Positions 27,755 to 44,905 of a stretch of 64,000 bases of DNA are shown in pieces. Under the pieces are notes generated by a model that did not search any database, was not told the DNA's origin, and worked only from the letters and a program-made list of their open reading frames with translations. Source of the stretch: the human T2T-CHM13v2.0 reference genome, Homo sapiens. Positions within the stretch are counted from its first letter, which is position 1; every line of letters starts with the position of its first letter. The translations under genes were made by a program, and so were the position numbers. The stretch lies in assembly GCF_009914755.1 (NCBI RefSeq), contig NC_060925.1, one strand, 5' to 3'.

Positions 27755-27879
27755 ACTGCAGCACAAGCTGGTCCTCCTGCAGCAACAATGTGAAGAGAAA
27801 CAGCAGCTCTTTGAGTCCCTCCAGTCAGAGCTACAAATCCACAAGGCACTTTATGGCAATTCCAAGAAGGGGCTGAAAG
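27755..27879 (+). pseudogene. PDE4DIP: PDE4DIP-like exon J (in-frame alternative acceptor at 27731)
   Basis: RLQHKLVLLQQQCEEKQQLFESLQSELQIHKALYGNSKKGLK. Confidence 0.92.
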
Positions 27880-28084
27880 GTTTGTGTTCTTCTCCCCTTA
27901 CCCCATGAACTTTTTGCTCTTGCATAAGATGCTAGTGAGGTCTTTCCTTTGGGAGTTGTGGAGATCATGGGAAGCTACAGAGTTCTGTCTCAGAAACCCC
28001 ACCCAAGCCTGGGGCTCCCAGTAGGAACTCTCATGCACAAAGCCCAAGGTGACAGGTTGGTAGCACGAGCAAGATCCAGCCTGA

Positions 28085-28455
<371 letters not shown>

Positions 28456-28636
28456 GATTATAACATTTTTTAAAGCAAAAGAACAGTCCTAATGATATCA
28501 TTTGAAAAGGCCTCTAATATTGTCAGTGATACATACTGACAACCCATTCAGCCCAATGTAGCAGGCAGTCTGCTCCCACCCTGACCCTTTCCCTAGTGAC
28601 ATCTGGCTCTCAGCTTATTGCCCTTTCATTTAATTT

Positions 28637-29685
28637 TCATAAATCCTGATTTAGTTTCCTGATTTTCTAAAGAGAAGGTGAACTGGAATTTGAAGAAATA
28701 CAGGGGCTTACCAGGCTCGGTGAATAGCTTAAGTTCAAAGTCATGGTGAGTGTTGAGTCAGTGGGGACCAGCCTGCCCACAGGAGAAAATTAAAAGACAT
28801 GAAAACAAAAAAACTTCATAGAAATACCACTAATAAGACCTAAATTTCAATCCTGGATTTAAATATTAAGGACATTTTTTGAAGACTTTGCTTCCTACTG
28901 AAATAATAATCTAATATTTGAGAATTTTGATATATTTCTTCATTCTTCTTTAAATGGAGGAGAGTACTCAAAACATAACGTTAATAAGTCACAGCAGGCT
29001 GGGACAGAGGGCTGACATCAATGTCATGAAATTTAGCAAAGATTAAAAGCAAAATCCTGAGCTCGATTAAAAGTATCAGTGGTAGAAATATAGGATGAGC
29101 ATAGAAATATAGGACAGGCAGCCATTCATGGACTTCAGGGTTTGGGGTTTGGTAGAAACATGTTCACACAAGAATGGCATAGGCAAAAGGATGCTAGAAA
29201 TACCAGCTCAAAATAACACTACAGTAGTGTAAGTGTGATGTTCACCTGTGGAGACCATGTCTAAAATATTGTTAGATTATGGGGCACCATCTTTGAAAAG
29301 GGCATTGACACACTAGGGAACATAATGAAGACAGGGCGCACAATGGTGTGTACCAGACATCTTGAACTGGTCAAAGAAACTAAAGAAATTTAGGCTTTCA
29401 AAAGATCTTGAGGACATGAGAACTGGCTTCAGATATTTGAAGAACTGTCAAGGTGAAAAAGAACTCATGTATTTTATGTCCCTCCAGAGGGCTAAACAAA
29501 GAGTGAAGGGCAGTGGAATTTAGATTGGAATTATCATAAATCCTGATTTAGTTTCCTGATTTTCTAAAGAGAAGGTGAACTGGAACTTGAAGAAATACAG
29601 AGGGGCTCACCAGGCTGGGAGAATAGCTTAAGTACAAAGTCATGGTGAGTGTTGGGTCAGAGGGACCAGCCTGCCCACAGGAGAA
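28637..29685 (+). repeat. ~150-bp direct repeat; copies 28637-28787 and 29534-29685
   Basis: tcataaatcctgatttagtttcctgattttctaaagagaaggtgaactggaa...gcctgcccacaggagaa occurs twice. Confidence 0.93.
28990..29500 (+). mobile_element. L3/CR1 3' remnant; boundaries approximate
   Basis: ggggcaccatctttgaaaagggcattgacacact and ttcagatatttgaagaactgtca are typical of L3. Confidence 0.55.
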
Positions 29686-30440
29686 GCTTGGGGTTTGGGG
29701 AGTGAGAAGTCAGGATGGTGGAGCAGAGTCATCAAATCTTGAAAGCCCACAGGTCAGGGGGAAAGTTGACATTCTGTACAGTAGATAATGAAACTAAGTC
29801 TGTTCTTTTTCAAAGAAGATAAGTATATGATGAAAACAGAGCTTTCAGATGCTAAGTCTCAGGGGATGTCCTGGAGTTGGGAGACGTTAGAATCTGGGAA
29901 ACCTATTGGATGGGTCTAGTGATATTCTGGCACATTAAGAGATGACAGTCTAATATAAGGTGCTATTGGGAAGATGAAAGGGTATAGATAGATTTAAAAA
30001 CATCTCTTTAAAAAATAAGCAAAATTTAATGAGAACTTGGATTGAGAAAGAGAGAGAGCAACATCACAAAACTTTGGGCAAAATTCAAGAGTAGATTATT
30101 TACCAAAGTCTCTAAAACTAATTCATCCTGAGCTACCTTTCCTTTCATGCTTTTCTCCCTGCCTTTTAGGACTCATTTCAGAGCTACAACCACTAAAGCT
30201 CCATAATCTCTTTTTTTTTTTTTTTTAATTATACTTTAAGTTTTAGGGTACATGTGCACATTGTACAGGTTAGTTACATATGTATACATGTGCCATGCTG
30301 GTGCGCTGCACCCACTAACTCGTCATCTAGCATTAGGTATATCTCCCAATGCTATCCCTCCCCCCTCCCCCCTCCCCACCACAGTCCCCAGAGTGTGATA
30401 TTCCCCTTCCTGTGTCCATGCGATCTCATTGTTCAATTGT

Positions 30441-34291
<3,851 letters not shown>

Positions 34292-34327
34292 TTAGTTGAT
34301 GCAGTTTCTTCCTAGTCTCGATGGTCT

Positions 34328-35344
34328 TTACATTTTGGCATGATTTTGCAGCGGCTGGTACTGGTTGTTCCTTTCCACGTTTAGCGCTTCCTTCAGGAGC
34401 TCTTTTAGGGCAGGCCTGGTGGTGACAAAATCTCTCACCATTTGCTTGTCTGTAAAGTATTTTATTTCTCCTTCACTTATGAAGCTTAGTTTGGCTGGAT
34501 ATGAAATTCTGGGTTGAAAATTCTTTTCTTTAAGAATGTTGAATATTGGCCCCCACTCTCTTCTGGTTTGTAGGGTTTCTGCTGAGAGATCCGCTGTTAG
34601 TCTGATGGGCTTCCCTTTGAGGGTAACCCGACCTTTCTCTCTGGCTGCCCTTAACATTTTTTCCTTCATTTCAACTTTGGTGAATCTGACAATTATGTGT
34701 CTTGGAGTTGCTCTTCTCGAGGAGTATCTTTGTGGCGTTCTCTGTATTTCCTGAATCTGAACGTTGGCCTGCCTTGCTAGATTGGGGAAGTTCTCCTGGA
34801 TAATATCCTGCAGAGTGTTTTCCAACTTGATTCCATTCTCCGCATCACTTTCAGGTACACCAATCAGACGTAGATTTGGTCTTTTCACATAGTCCCTTAT
34901 TTCTTGGAGGCTTTGCTCATTTCTTTTTATTCTTTTGTCTCTAAACTTCCCTTCTCACTTCATTTCATTCATTTCATCTTCCATTGCTGATACCCTTTCT
35001 TCCAGTTGATCGCATCGGCTCCTGAGGCTTCTGCATTCTTCACGTAGTTCTTGAGCCTTGGTTTTCAGCTCCATCAGCTCCTTTAAGCACTTCTCTGTAT
35101 TGGTTATTCTAGTTATACATTCTTCTAAATTTTTTTCGAAGTTTTCAACTTCTTTGCCTTTGGTTTGAATGTCCTCCCATAGCTTAGAGTAATTTGATCA
35201 TCTGAAGCCTTCTTCTCTCAGCTCGTCAAAATCATTCTCCATCCAGCTTTGTTCCGTTGCTGGTGAGGAACTGCGTTCCTTTGGAGGAGGAGAGGCACTC
35301 TGCGTTTTAGAATTTCCAGTTTTTCTGTTCTGTTTTTTCCCCAT
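34328..35344 (-). pseudogene. L1 ORF1p, disrupted
   Basis: 1017-nt span; TGA stops at codon 49 (35200-35198) and codon 130 (34957-34955), both at Arg CGA positions. Confidence 0.93.
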
Positions 35345-36248
35345 CTTTGTGGTTTTATCTACTTTGGGTCTTTGATGATGGTGATGTACAGATGGGTTTT
35401 CGGTGTGGATGTCCTTTCTGTTTGTTAGTTTTCCTTCTAACAGACAGGACCCTCAGCTGCAGGTCTGTTGGAATTCCCTGCCGTGTGAGGTGTCAGTGTG
35501 CCCCTGCTGGGGGGTGCCTCCCAGTTAGGCTGCTCGGGGGTCAGGGGTCAGGGACCCACTTGAGAAGGCAGTCTGCCCGTTCTCAGATCTCCAGCTGCGT
35601 GCTGGGAGAACCACTGCTCTCTTCAAAGCTGTCAGACAGGGACATTTAAGTCTGCAGAGGTTACTGCTGTCTTTTTGTTTGTCTGTGCCCTGCCCCCAGA
35701 GGTGGAGCCTACAGAAGCAGGCAGGCCTCCTTGAGCTGTGATGGGCTCCACCCAGTTCGAGCTTCCCCGCTGCTTTGTTTACCTAAACAAGCCTGGGCAA
35801 TGGCGGGCGCCCCTCCCCCAGCCTCGCTGCCGCCTTGCAGTTTGATCTCAGACTGCTGTGCTAGCAGTCAGCGAGATTCCGTGGGCTTAGGACCCTCCAA
35901 GCCAGGTGTGGGATATAGTCTCGTGGTGCGCTGTTTTTTCAGCCGGTCTGAAAAGCGCAATATTCGGGTGGGAGTGACCCAATTTTCCAGGTGCGTCCGT
36001 CACCCCTTTCTTTGACTCGGAAAGGGAACTCCCTGACCCCTTGTGCTTCCCAGGTGAGGCAATGCCTCGCCCTGCTTCAGCTCACGCACGGTGCGCGCAC
36101 CCACTGGCCTGCGCCCACTGTCTGGCACTCCCTAGTGAGATGAACCCGGTACCTCAGATGGAAATGCAGAAATCACCCTTCTTCTGCGTCGCTCACGCTG
36201 TGAGCTGTAGACCGGAGCTGTTCCTATTCGGCCATCTTGGCTCCTCTC
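35345..36248. promoter_or_regulatory. L1 5'UTR bidirectional promoter; the antisense promoter fires on the + strand
   Basis: Complete CpG-rich L1PA 5'UTR with the YY1 site (gccatcttg on +) near 36231-36239. Confidence 0.8.
35800..36015 (+). CDS. LINE-1 ORF0 (71 aa), intact; expression unknown
   Basis: MAGAPPPASLPPCSLISDCCASSQRDSVGLGPSKPGVGYSLVVRCFFSRSEKRNIRVGVTQFSRCVRHPFL*; strong Kozak gcaATGg; donors CAG|GTGTG after 35905 and CAG|GTGCG after 35990. Confidence 0.8.
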   Translation: MAGAPPPASLPPCSLISDCCASSQRDSVGLGPSKPGVGYSLVVRCFFSRSEKRNIRVGVTQFSRCVRHPFL

Positions 36249-36565
36249 AAGCTCCATAATCTCTTATCTGTAATTTCAAAATCCAGTAAGATCTCCAAAT
36301 TAAATTTTTCAAATAGTCATTTAGTGACAAAATCTAGATGAACTGACAAGAAGATATTCATAAGTCTTTATTTATCTACTTAGAATGTTCACATAGCTCA
36401 TTGCAGAAATAGTTATATGTTTGATTAAGGATTGTGGCTCACCTGCAACTGGGTACATGTTATATACGATATATGCACCCTGTTGCCTTGCTAAAAACTA
36501 AAACAAAATTTACTTTTTGAGATACATTTGGCCTTAAGGTTTTCAGATAAGGGATTGTGGACTTG
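36249..36565. mobile_element. TA-flanked MITE/DNA transposon (MER96B-like); its left TIR is the L1 target site
   Basis: Left TIR aagctccataatctcttatctg matches the reverse complement of right TIR cagataagggattgtggacttg at 17/22; TA at 30194-30195 and 36566-36567. Confidence 0.7.
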
Positions 36566-36632
36566 TAGAATATTTCTTAGATCTCTTCATCCCCAGTACA
36601 AAGAAATAAACTACATGTGGTGAATGGAGGTA

Positions 36633-36935
36633 AATATATATACACATATATATTTTTATATATGCATATATATTTATATATACGCGTATATATTCATATA
36701 TACATGTATATATTTATATATACATGTGTGTATATGTGTGTACATATATATGTACATATATTTCATATATACACATATATAGTATGTATATGCACACAAC
36801 ATATATACACACTATATATAGGTGTATATATGTACACACGTACATATATACATATATACATGTATACACATATACATATATACTGTATACATATATACAT
36901 ATATATACACACAGAGAGAGAGAGAGAGAGAGAGA
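36633..36935. repeat. (TA/CA/TG)n low-complexity tract followed by (GA)n
   Basis: Direct reading. Confidence 0.95.
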
Positions 36936-37425
36936 AGTTGAAAAACTCACTTAGTTATAATCCCTCGTCTAAGTTGCCGAACTCATATCCTCACATGCTA
37001 CCAAAAGGCCTCCTCCTTCTCCTCTTTCATTTTTGAGAGTGAAGACTGTCAAATCTCTTTCTCCTTCATCCCCTACCCTTCTCTAGCTCAGTGCTGACCT
37101 TCTACCTTGGAGGATCCTATACTTTAGCCTACAGGACTAAGGTTACTATGGAGATGAAATATGGACTTATCCTTATCTGCCAATCAAATGCTCTATAGGT
37201 GCATGTGTGTAACTTAAACCACAAAGAAGTTTCAGACTGGATGTGTGCCAGCTCAGTGCCATCCCCAGGCCACACACAGAAATGATGACATGTCCATCAT
37301 AGATGGGTTGCATGAGACTCAGATGATAGTGGGGTCCTTGGCAGAAAAGAGTGTCACAGAGGAGGGTTCTGACAAGTGCTTGGAAATACTTGGGTCAATG
37401 TTACCAGACTCCTCTTCTCTCTTAG

Positions 37426-37665
37426 GTTACAGCCTGGATGCTTGTCACCAAATCCCTTTGAGCAGTGTCCTGAGCCACCTGGTGAGAGAGGTACGAGGTC
37501 TGAGAGGGCAGCTGGAGCAAAGCATTCAGGGGAACAATTGTCTGTGACTGCAGCTGCGACAGCAGCTGGATAGCGGTGCTGGCAAAGCCAGCCTCAGCCC
37601 CTTCTCCATTAACAAGAACTTCCCAGCCAGCACTGACCCTGGAAACAAACAGCTGCTCCTCCAAG
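37426..37665 (+). pseudogene. PDE4DIP: PDE4DIP-like exon K (240 nt, phase 1-1), premature stop
   Basis: YSLDACHQIPLSSVLSHLV...GNNCL*LQLRQQL...KQLLLQ; TGA at 37545-37547. Confidence 0.92.
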
Positions 37666-37814
37666 GTAGGAAGGAAAAGGGACTTAGAAAGCTCTCAGCC
37701 AGTGGGGAGATCACCAGGATGTCTGCAGCAGAAGGTGCAATCTGCCTGGTCTATGCTCCTTAGGGTCAGGTTGAAATCAGAGATGCTCTAGTCTAGCAGC
37801 CTGAGTGAAAGTGT

Positions 37815-38250
37815 GGGATTTAGGCCAGGCCAGGCTCCAGATTCTGAGTTTACCACTTAAAGATCATTTGATTTGGGCAAGGTGTTTAAAGTATCAGAGG
37901 TTTAGGCCTTAGTTTCCTTATATTTAGGATAATAATAATATATACCTTATATGATTTTGAGCATTACATGAAATCATTTACAAATGCTTGGCACACTAAG
38001 AATTGCTCAATAATTAGTAGCTGTATATGTTCATATCTTTTTCTTGGATTTGCTTAGTGCTTTAGTATTAGCGAAGTGTTTTCACATATAGAATTTCATC
38101 TGTAGTAAAGCAGGTTTTGCTGTCTCTATTTCACACAAGAAAACTTAGGTCTTGAGATATTAACAGACAAGCAAGGGTTTAGAGAAGTTATAGACAAAGC
38201 CAGGATCAGAACCAGATGTTGTGATTTTCAGTCTGTGTTCCTTCCAGCTC
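37815..38250. mobile_element. Two MIR fragments in opposite orientation; boundaries approximate
   Basis: gatttgggcaaggtgtttaa..ccttagtttccttatatt and aagaaaacttaggtcttgagatattaac..gccaggatcagaaccag. Confidence 0.6.
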
Positions 38251-39676
38251 ATTGTGTTCTGTCTCAGTATTGCCGACCTTCCCAGATTCTCTAGTCCCCC
38301 TTTCCCTCACAGGTGGGGAACTCAGTGTGTGGCAAAATGTTCCTGCCCTTAAGGAAACAGGGCTCTGGGGAAGTTCTGGACGGTGGGCAATTTATTTCGG
38401 GTGGCCATCATTCACTCTCTACCCCTCCCCTTGCCTGCCTTTTCAGATAGGCGTGTTTGACCAGGACCCCCTTCTCTTCTCGATATCCCCCATCAATCTC
38501 ACTTCTCCCAGTTTTAACTGAAATGTCAATGGTGTCCCCCTAGTCTTAAATCATTCAATTTCTACTTCCTCTGTCTTTTTTTCCTTTTGATACACCATTT
38601 AGTACACCATCTCCACTCACCTCCATGGCCATACCTTCAATTTTATTCAAATCAGGAACCACTGTTTGGTTTCGCTAAAGCTGAGCTTTCACTCTCCTGC
38701 CAGCTATTTCTGGGTCATGTTAATCTTCATTTTTCTCTGGTTCTTGTAGATGCTTGTTTATCTGACAGTAACCTTATTTGTCAAATGAAGGTGACAATAA
38801 CATGATTACGCTGCGTTGGCAATTCAGTGAAAAAACACATGTGGGCCGCCATGCAAACCGCCTGGCTGCCAGGAACTTCTCAGCTTACATTAGGTGGATG
38901 CCTTGCCCTCCTCTGGGCTGCGCTGATAGTTGTGGTGTTCAGTTATGTCTCCAACTCTTCCTTCTAAACAGGCCTTCCCCTCTCACTGGCTTCCCATACA
39001 GCAGCCAAGAAGCCCCACTGGCACAGTCCCTGCCTCTCTTTCTCTAGCACTCCCGAGGCCTGAGCCAGAAAGCAGGCACTGGGCAACACTTGCCTGAGCA
39101 GGACCTTTTCTACCTTCTTTGTGATATTTTCCTATTCCTCTACCATAGGGTTGCTTTTTAGTCTCCAGCAAGACAATGTTAACCCACCAAGACTTCCATC
39201 TCCGTTCTTTAGACACAAGTACATTTTTTTCAGTATTACCCTCATCAGAATGATGGCTAGAAAGTTGAGTTTAGTCCCCCATGAATCCTTTTATTATTTG
39301 ATTCTACATTTTAATATGTACTATGTATATTTATACATATTACATTTAGTTACAGGGCATCGTATTAGATACCACACAGAGATTATACTCAAGACTTGGT
39401 TTATAAAAATACACCTAATAATTTTTCAAACTAGAGGTTACTTTCTCATGGAACATCCCTCAATTAAAGGAATATCTTTTTGTTCTGAAGAATGGAAACA
39501 TTCTGAACTCAGTGACTCGTGGGATTTTGCTTTTCTTTTGCTTGTGGCGTGCGCATAATTCTGTAAGAGGAGAGTCCTGCCACCTTAGGCCTCAGTGGGG
39601 ATGGCTAGGTGTGCATGTGCTTCATGTGCAGTGTGTTCCAGGGCTCCTGAAAACTGTGGTTGCCTTTACTCCCCAG

Positions 39677-39793
39677 ATTCAGCTGTGTCCCCTCCAGTCT
39701 GGGATGTTGGTATGAATTCCCCAGCTCTGGTCCTCCCCAGCTCTGTTTCCTCTACTCCTGGCTCAGAAACAGCCATAATCAACAGAACAAATG
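39677..39793 (+). pseudogene. PDE4DIP: PDE4DIP-like exon L, donor lost
   Basis: DSAVSPPVWDVGMNSPALV...IINRTN; followed by CTAAAT instead of GT. Confidence 0.9.
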
Positions 39794-40361
39794 CTAAATA
39801 TGGCAACTAAAGGGCCCAGGGACTGATGATGGAAAGTGATTAACGCAAACAACCTTTTTTTGTCTCTAAACATATTATCTGTATTTAGAGAGTTTTCTCT
39901 GCATGCCCCAAGGCCTTTAGCCCTACTCACTGCACCTTCTGTGGCTGGCTTTCTTGCCATTATTCATCCTCCAATAGTTTTCCTATTGCTGTTTTTGCTT
40001 CATTGCACCATAATCTCTCCATTCTTGAAAATGTTCTCTGTATCCAGCTTGATTTCCTTGTCTGTGTCTTCTCTACCCAGAAACTTATTATTTATTATGA
40101 TTTGTCCTATTTCATTAGCCAATAAGGAAAAAATTGTCTCCTGGAAAATTTATCTTTAAGACATAATGTAAGAAAGATTATAAAAATATAGAAGCCAGAA
40201 GATCTCTATGGACTTTGCCCCAGCCTTGCACATTCCAAGGCTTCCTTTCTTGCTCCAAGCCTCTTCCTTTTCTTGTTCCCTGCCTCTTTTGAGTTGGAGC
40301 AAACTGAGGATATCATTATGAATAACAGAAGATTCCATTGTGTTGTCATTTTCTTTTTCAG

Positions 40362-40588
40362 GCTTGGGTTTGGATACTTCTCCAGTAATGAAGACCGCTC
40401 CCAAGCTGGAGAGTGATGCTACTGATGGCCCCTTTGCCAATAAGAATGGCCGCCATGTCATTGGCCACATTGATGACTACAGTGCCCTAAGACAGCAGGT
40501 TGCAGAAGGCAAGCTGCTGGTCAAAAAGATAGTGTCTCTTGTGAGATCAGCATGCAGCTTCCCTGGCCTTGAAGCCCAAGGCACAGAG
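40362..40588 (+). pseudogene. PDE4DIP: PDE4DIP-like exon M (phase 1-0), open
   Basis: GLGLDTSPVMKTAPKLE...NGRHVIGHIDDYSALRQQ...EAQGTE; cag/gtaat. Confidence 0.93.
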
Positions 40589-41508
40589 GTAATCACACCT
40601 GTAGGTTTAGGTGCACTCTTTCCCTGTGCCCTTTCTTCCTTTGATGTTAACTGCTTCACCCACAATTTTTGTTTTTTTCTTTTTTTCATGCTTTGCCTTC
40701 CTCTTCCATGTATAGCAGCCAGGCCCTTTCTTCTCTATCTCCTATTTTCACTCTGAGTTCTGCTCTGTTCCAGATGTAGCTGACTGGATATTTCCCCTCA
40801 GCCCCACAGAAACACGTGGCATTGCCTAGCAGCCTTTGGTAGCTTATTATCTACTGCAGTCATGCAGGCACATGACCATCTGTGGGCACAGTCGACTCAA
40901 TGGGATGGACAGAAACTGAAGGATTTGCAGGTATATGGCCCCCATATGTGGAAGGGGTGAGAAGTCTGGCAGCCATGGCATTTCCTTGTGCAGACTGCAT
41001 AGGGAGAGGGAAGGCAGGCAGCAAAGCTTGTCAGAGCACCTTGCCAGTGAGAGAGACCAGGCACCATGGCTGTGCTGTCTGAGCTGCTGGAGACCCATGA
41101 ATGCATAGGAGCAGCCCTGTCTCCACGGAACCCCCACACTAGAGGACAAGACACACACCCAAGTAGATAAGCACAGTAAGGGGCTACAGGCACAGTATGA
41201 GAAGTCATCCCTATGCTGTGAGAGCGCCGATGCAAATGTGGTCATTTATCTCAGGCGAGGAAGGTAACAGGTTCATAGAGGACACAGCAAGTGGGGTGAG
41301 TTTTGAAAGCCTTGTGGGTTCTGCAGGTGGAGAAAGGCATACCTGGTAAAGGGAGCAGCACCTTAGTTCTGAGTGCTGCAAATGGTTGTGAGAGGGCTTC
41401 ACAGGTTCAAGCAGGCCCATGTTCTGTGCCTCACTCACAAAGGAAACTTGAGCCCATGCAGGGGGAAGAAAGTAATCTCTCCACTTCTGTGGTGTTACCT
41501 TTCCCCAG

Positions 41509-41652
41509 GAGCTTGGCAGCAAAGGCATTCATGAGCTTCAGAGCAGCACCAGTGCCCTGCACCATGCCCTAGAGGAGTTGGCTTCCCTCCTCACCATGTT
41601 CTGGAGAGCAGCCCTGCCAAGGACCCACATCCCTGTGATGCCTGGCAAAGTG
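41509..41652 (+). pseudogene. PDE4DIP: PDE4DIP-like exon N (phase 0-0), donor lost
   Basis: ELGSKGIHELQSSTSALHHALEELASLLTMFWRAALP...PGKV; followed by GAAAGA instead of GT. Confidence 0.9.
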
Positions 41653-42739
41653 GAAAGATGCCAGTGTCCTTTCTTGGTTCAAACCCAGTTCTCCTGCCCT
41701 CTAATACTGTTCTTTCTCCTCAATGTCACAGCTTTTCCAGAAAATCAGGAGCCACATAGTAAGTTGGGATAGACAGAAACTTAGAGGAGTGTCCCTGGAG
41801 GGACATCTCTGGCCCATGGTGGCTGCTTTCATTGCAGCTCTAAATACATCCCATTCCCTGCCAGCCCCCTGGCCCCTGGATAAGAAATCAAAGAAGAATA
41901 GGAAGGGGTGTGGAGAAGGCAGAGACATCATAACCCTGGCAATCCATAAATGTTCAGTTTCTTTACCTCTCTGAAATTTGGCTGAGATGAAATTAAGTGA
42001 AAGCTTCAGCACCCATCTCCCACCCCTCAGGTCCCATGGTCAAATGATCACAGAATGCCCCCATGAGACTGAGCCTTTTTAGCCACTGCCTGGAATCCCT
42101 GCATATCACTTAAGCTGGCCTCTCTGGACCAGGCCTGGGGAAAGTCAGCCACCCCTCAGGATCTGTTCAGAGCTCAGGCTAACTCTGATTGGCAGACCCT
42201 CATGTAGGCAGGTTTCAGGATCCCCTCCCCAGGGATTCTAACTCCAGATCAATGTCACCAATACCTTTTGGATCCAACTATGCTAATTCCAGGGAGACGG
42301 TGTTTTGCCATCTTCATGTTGGCACAAATATTTACAAACTTGCAAACTTGCCTGAGTCCAGATCTCTCTCTCCAGCATAACATTTCTGAACTCTCAATCT
42401 TACCTGTGAAGGGAGAGTGACAGAACTGATATCAGGACTAAAGCAAGGTCCTCTTCAGATTTGGGAGCTTTATACCAGCCTGAAGTGAGGTTCTCTTAAG
42501 CTAAAGGTGTGTAGGCCTGTGCTAGTCTGCATGGGGAATTCCAGAGTCTCAATACTCCTGCCTAATGGCCTCATCCGAAACTGTCCTCAGCTGGAAGTAT
42601 TCGAGGCTGTGAAGGAGGAAATCCATTTCAGGAGAGTGGAGAAGATTGTAGAATCCTTCTTTGAATTGGAAAGAGCCACAAAGCACAGGGTGCTTTAGGC
42701 CTTCTGCCTGTTCAGTAAGAGTCTGTACCTCTTATCAAG

Positions 42740-42878
42740 GGAGAATTGACAGAAAGGGAACTTCTGGAACTGAGAACCAAAGTATCCAAACAGGAGTGGC
42801 TCCTTCAAAGCATAGCTGAGCATCTGAAGACCGCCAACCAGCAGAAGGAGAGCATGGAGCAGTTCATCATCAGCCAGC
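42740..42878 (+). pseudogene. PDE4DIP: PDE4DIP-like exon O (CM2 motif, N-terminal part), open
   Basis: GELTERELLELRTKVSKQE...NQQKESMEQFIISQ; aag/gtagg. Confidence 0.92.
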
Positions 42879-43181
42879 GTAGGTTCCCTGAGAGGGAATG
42901 GGGGAAGAAACAGGCAGTCTTCCCGATGCCCCACTTGTGCTGCAGATGAGCAGTGACCAGGGGGGCTTGGGGATGTTGGGAGTTGAGACTGATTTGATGT
43001 CCCCAAACCTCCTGTGCCATGAGCAATTGTGGATGCAGAGGAGAGGAGGATGGGGTGGATAGCAGGAGACTCCAAGCTGAATGGCCAGAAAGAAATAAAT
43101 GCTTTAGAATTCTCATGCTAAGCAAGTAGGGTTAATTTTTGCTGGTGATTTCTACTCTGTGGTGCTCTTTTGTTGTTTCAG

Positions 43182-43228
43182 TAACCAGAACACATGATGT
43201 TTTAAAGAAGGCAAGCACTAACTTAGAG
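43182..43228 (+). pseudogene. PDE4DIP: PDE4DIP-like exon P (CM2 core), open
   Basis: LTRTHDVLKKASTNLE; cag/gtaag. Confidence 0.92.
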
Positions 43229-44905
43229 GTAAGGAAACTACTGCAGCAGTCAGAGGCACCAAGCCTGTCCCCAACCCATTGCCATCCGTTAGCATATCTT
43301 GTAGGTGACCCTTGGCCTGCTTTGGCCTTCCAGGAGAAGATTTTGGGTCCACTTGCAAGATCACAGGTCCTCAGTGAGCATCCTGCTAATTTCTGTTCCC
43401 ATCACTCTCTCACCCTGTCAGCTCCTGCCCCAGTATTTTGGTTCACTCTCACATTGTCGTCATCTCTCCTTTTTACTCCAATTTTTCTTCTTTGATGCCA
43501 AGTCAGGAGACTGGAGAAATGCAATTCAGCTCACTCTCAAAGTCATTAGACATCCGGAAGTCTGCCTCTGAATGAGCTTTTGGTAGAGGGATCTTGAGGC
43601 CAGTTATGTGGTCTAGTCTTCATGAAAAAGTAAAAGCAATTTGCAACCTAATAAACTGATTTCACTGCACACTCCTGTGTTAAGAACAGCAATTTGATTT
43701 TGATATATCTTTAAGAAACATGACAAAAGAGATCTGTTGGGTCTCATTGGTCTAAAAGAGAATTTGTTAATAAATAACAACTGAATCTTAAGGGGAAAAA
43801 TGTTATATATGTACCACATATTCTCTACATTTACTTAAAACACTAAGTGTTAACCGTTCCCTAGGAAGTGCTTTGAAGAAAAACTTGAGGTATATGAATG
43901 GTTTAAAAATCAGAAACTAAACCTTTTAACGTGGACTTCAAAGCTTTGCCATAAGCAATTGAGCATATTCCTAGAAATATTTCTAAACTGTAACCTGAGA
44001 GAATGTTGATCTCCATAGTGTGAAAATAGTGTGAAAATGACTTGGGCCAGTTTAACTTGCTCTTTTTTTTTTTTTTTTTTTCACTAACTCCCTTTTGTTT
44101 TTCTCTGATAATTCTTCTCTTTCCTAGGCCTCTTTAGAGCAACACTTACAGGATTGCCTCTGTAAAGCCTTATTCCTGTCCCAGGAAAGGTAACCCAAAA
44201 AGTCTCTTGTATCCACTAAAAGGTAACCCAAAAGTCTCTAGTATCCACTGGCTTTCTCCAGTGTGGAAGCTTTCCCCTCCACCTCCCATAGATCACTGGA
44301 AAGGACCCGAGGCCTCGGTTCTAATCCCTGGCTTATCACTAACTGCTGTGTGGCCTTGGCTTGTCCTTTAATCTCTATGAGACTGCTGCACCCTTATCTG
44401 TCAAAGATGGAACTGGACTTAGTTGAGCTCTGAGGTCCCTGTGGACTTGGCCCCTCCACACCCTCATTGTGGCAACTGGACATAAACTTAACAGAGGACC
44501 CCCCTGCAAAATGTCCTCTTCTTTCTACAACAGGCTGTTTCTGTATGTGCATGTTTCATGCTAAGCACTTCTTTCTTGGGTGGACTTGGCAAAGCCCTCT
44601 TTCTGCTGAGACAGTGATTTGGAGAGTCACCTGGCCCCTGAAGAGGGAGTGGTAGGATCCAGCCACCCAGTGTGCAGTGAATCGGAGCAGGGATCTCAGC
44701 ACACAGGGAGGTGGGGAGGCTCCCCCTAACCTCAGGCACCTGTTGTTCTTCGAGACTGCAACGCATGCTCTTAGCTCATCCTCTTAACTGGCTCTCACCG
44801 TGCTCCTGTCTTTAGTCACCCCATAGCTCTCACTCCAGCTTCAGGTAGCCATCAGTAGGGCCTGGCAATATACACTGATTTGGTTTGTTTTATTTTTGTC
44901 TGCAG

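Noticed and set aside
36617-37036. Y/I/H/T-rich ORFs
   Set aside because: They are translations of (TA)n low-complexity DNA.
40362-43228. Absence of stops in exons M-P as proof of selection on the fusion ORF
   Set aside because: Exons C, D, F, G and J are also open, so the pattern is compatible with chance. A dN/dS test is needed.
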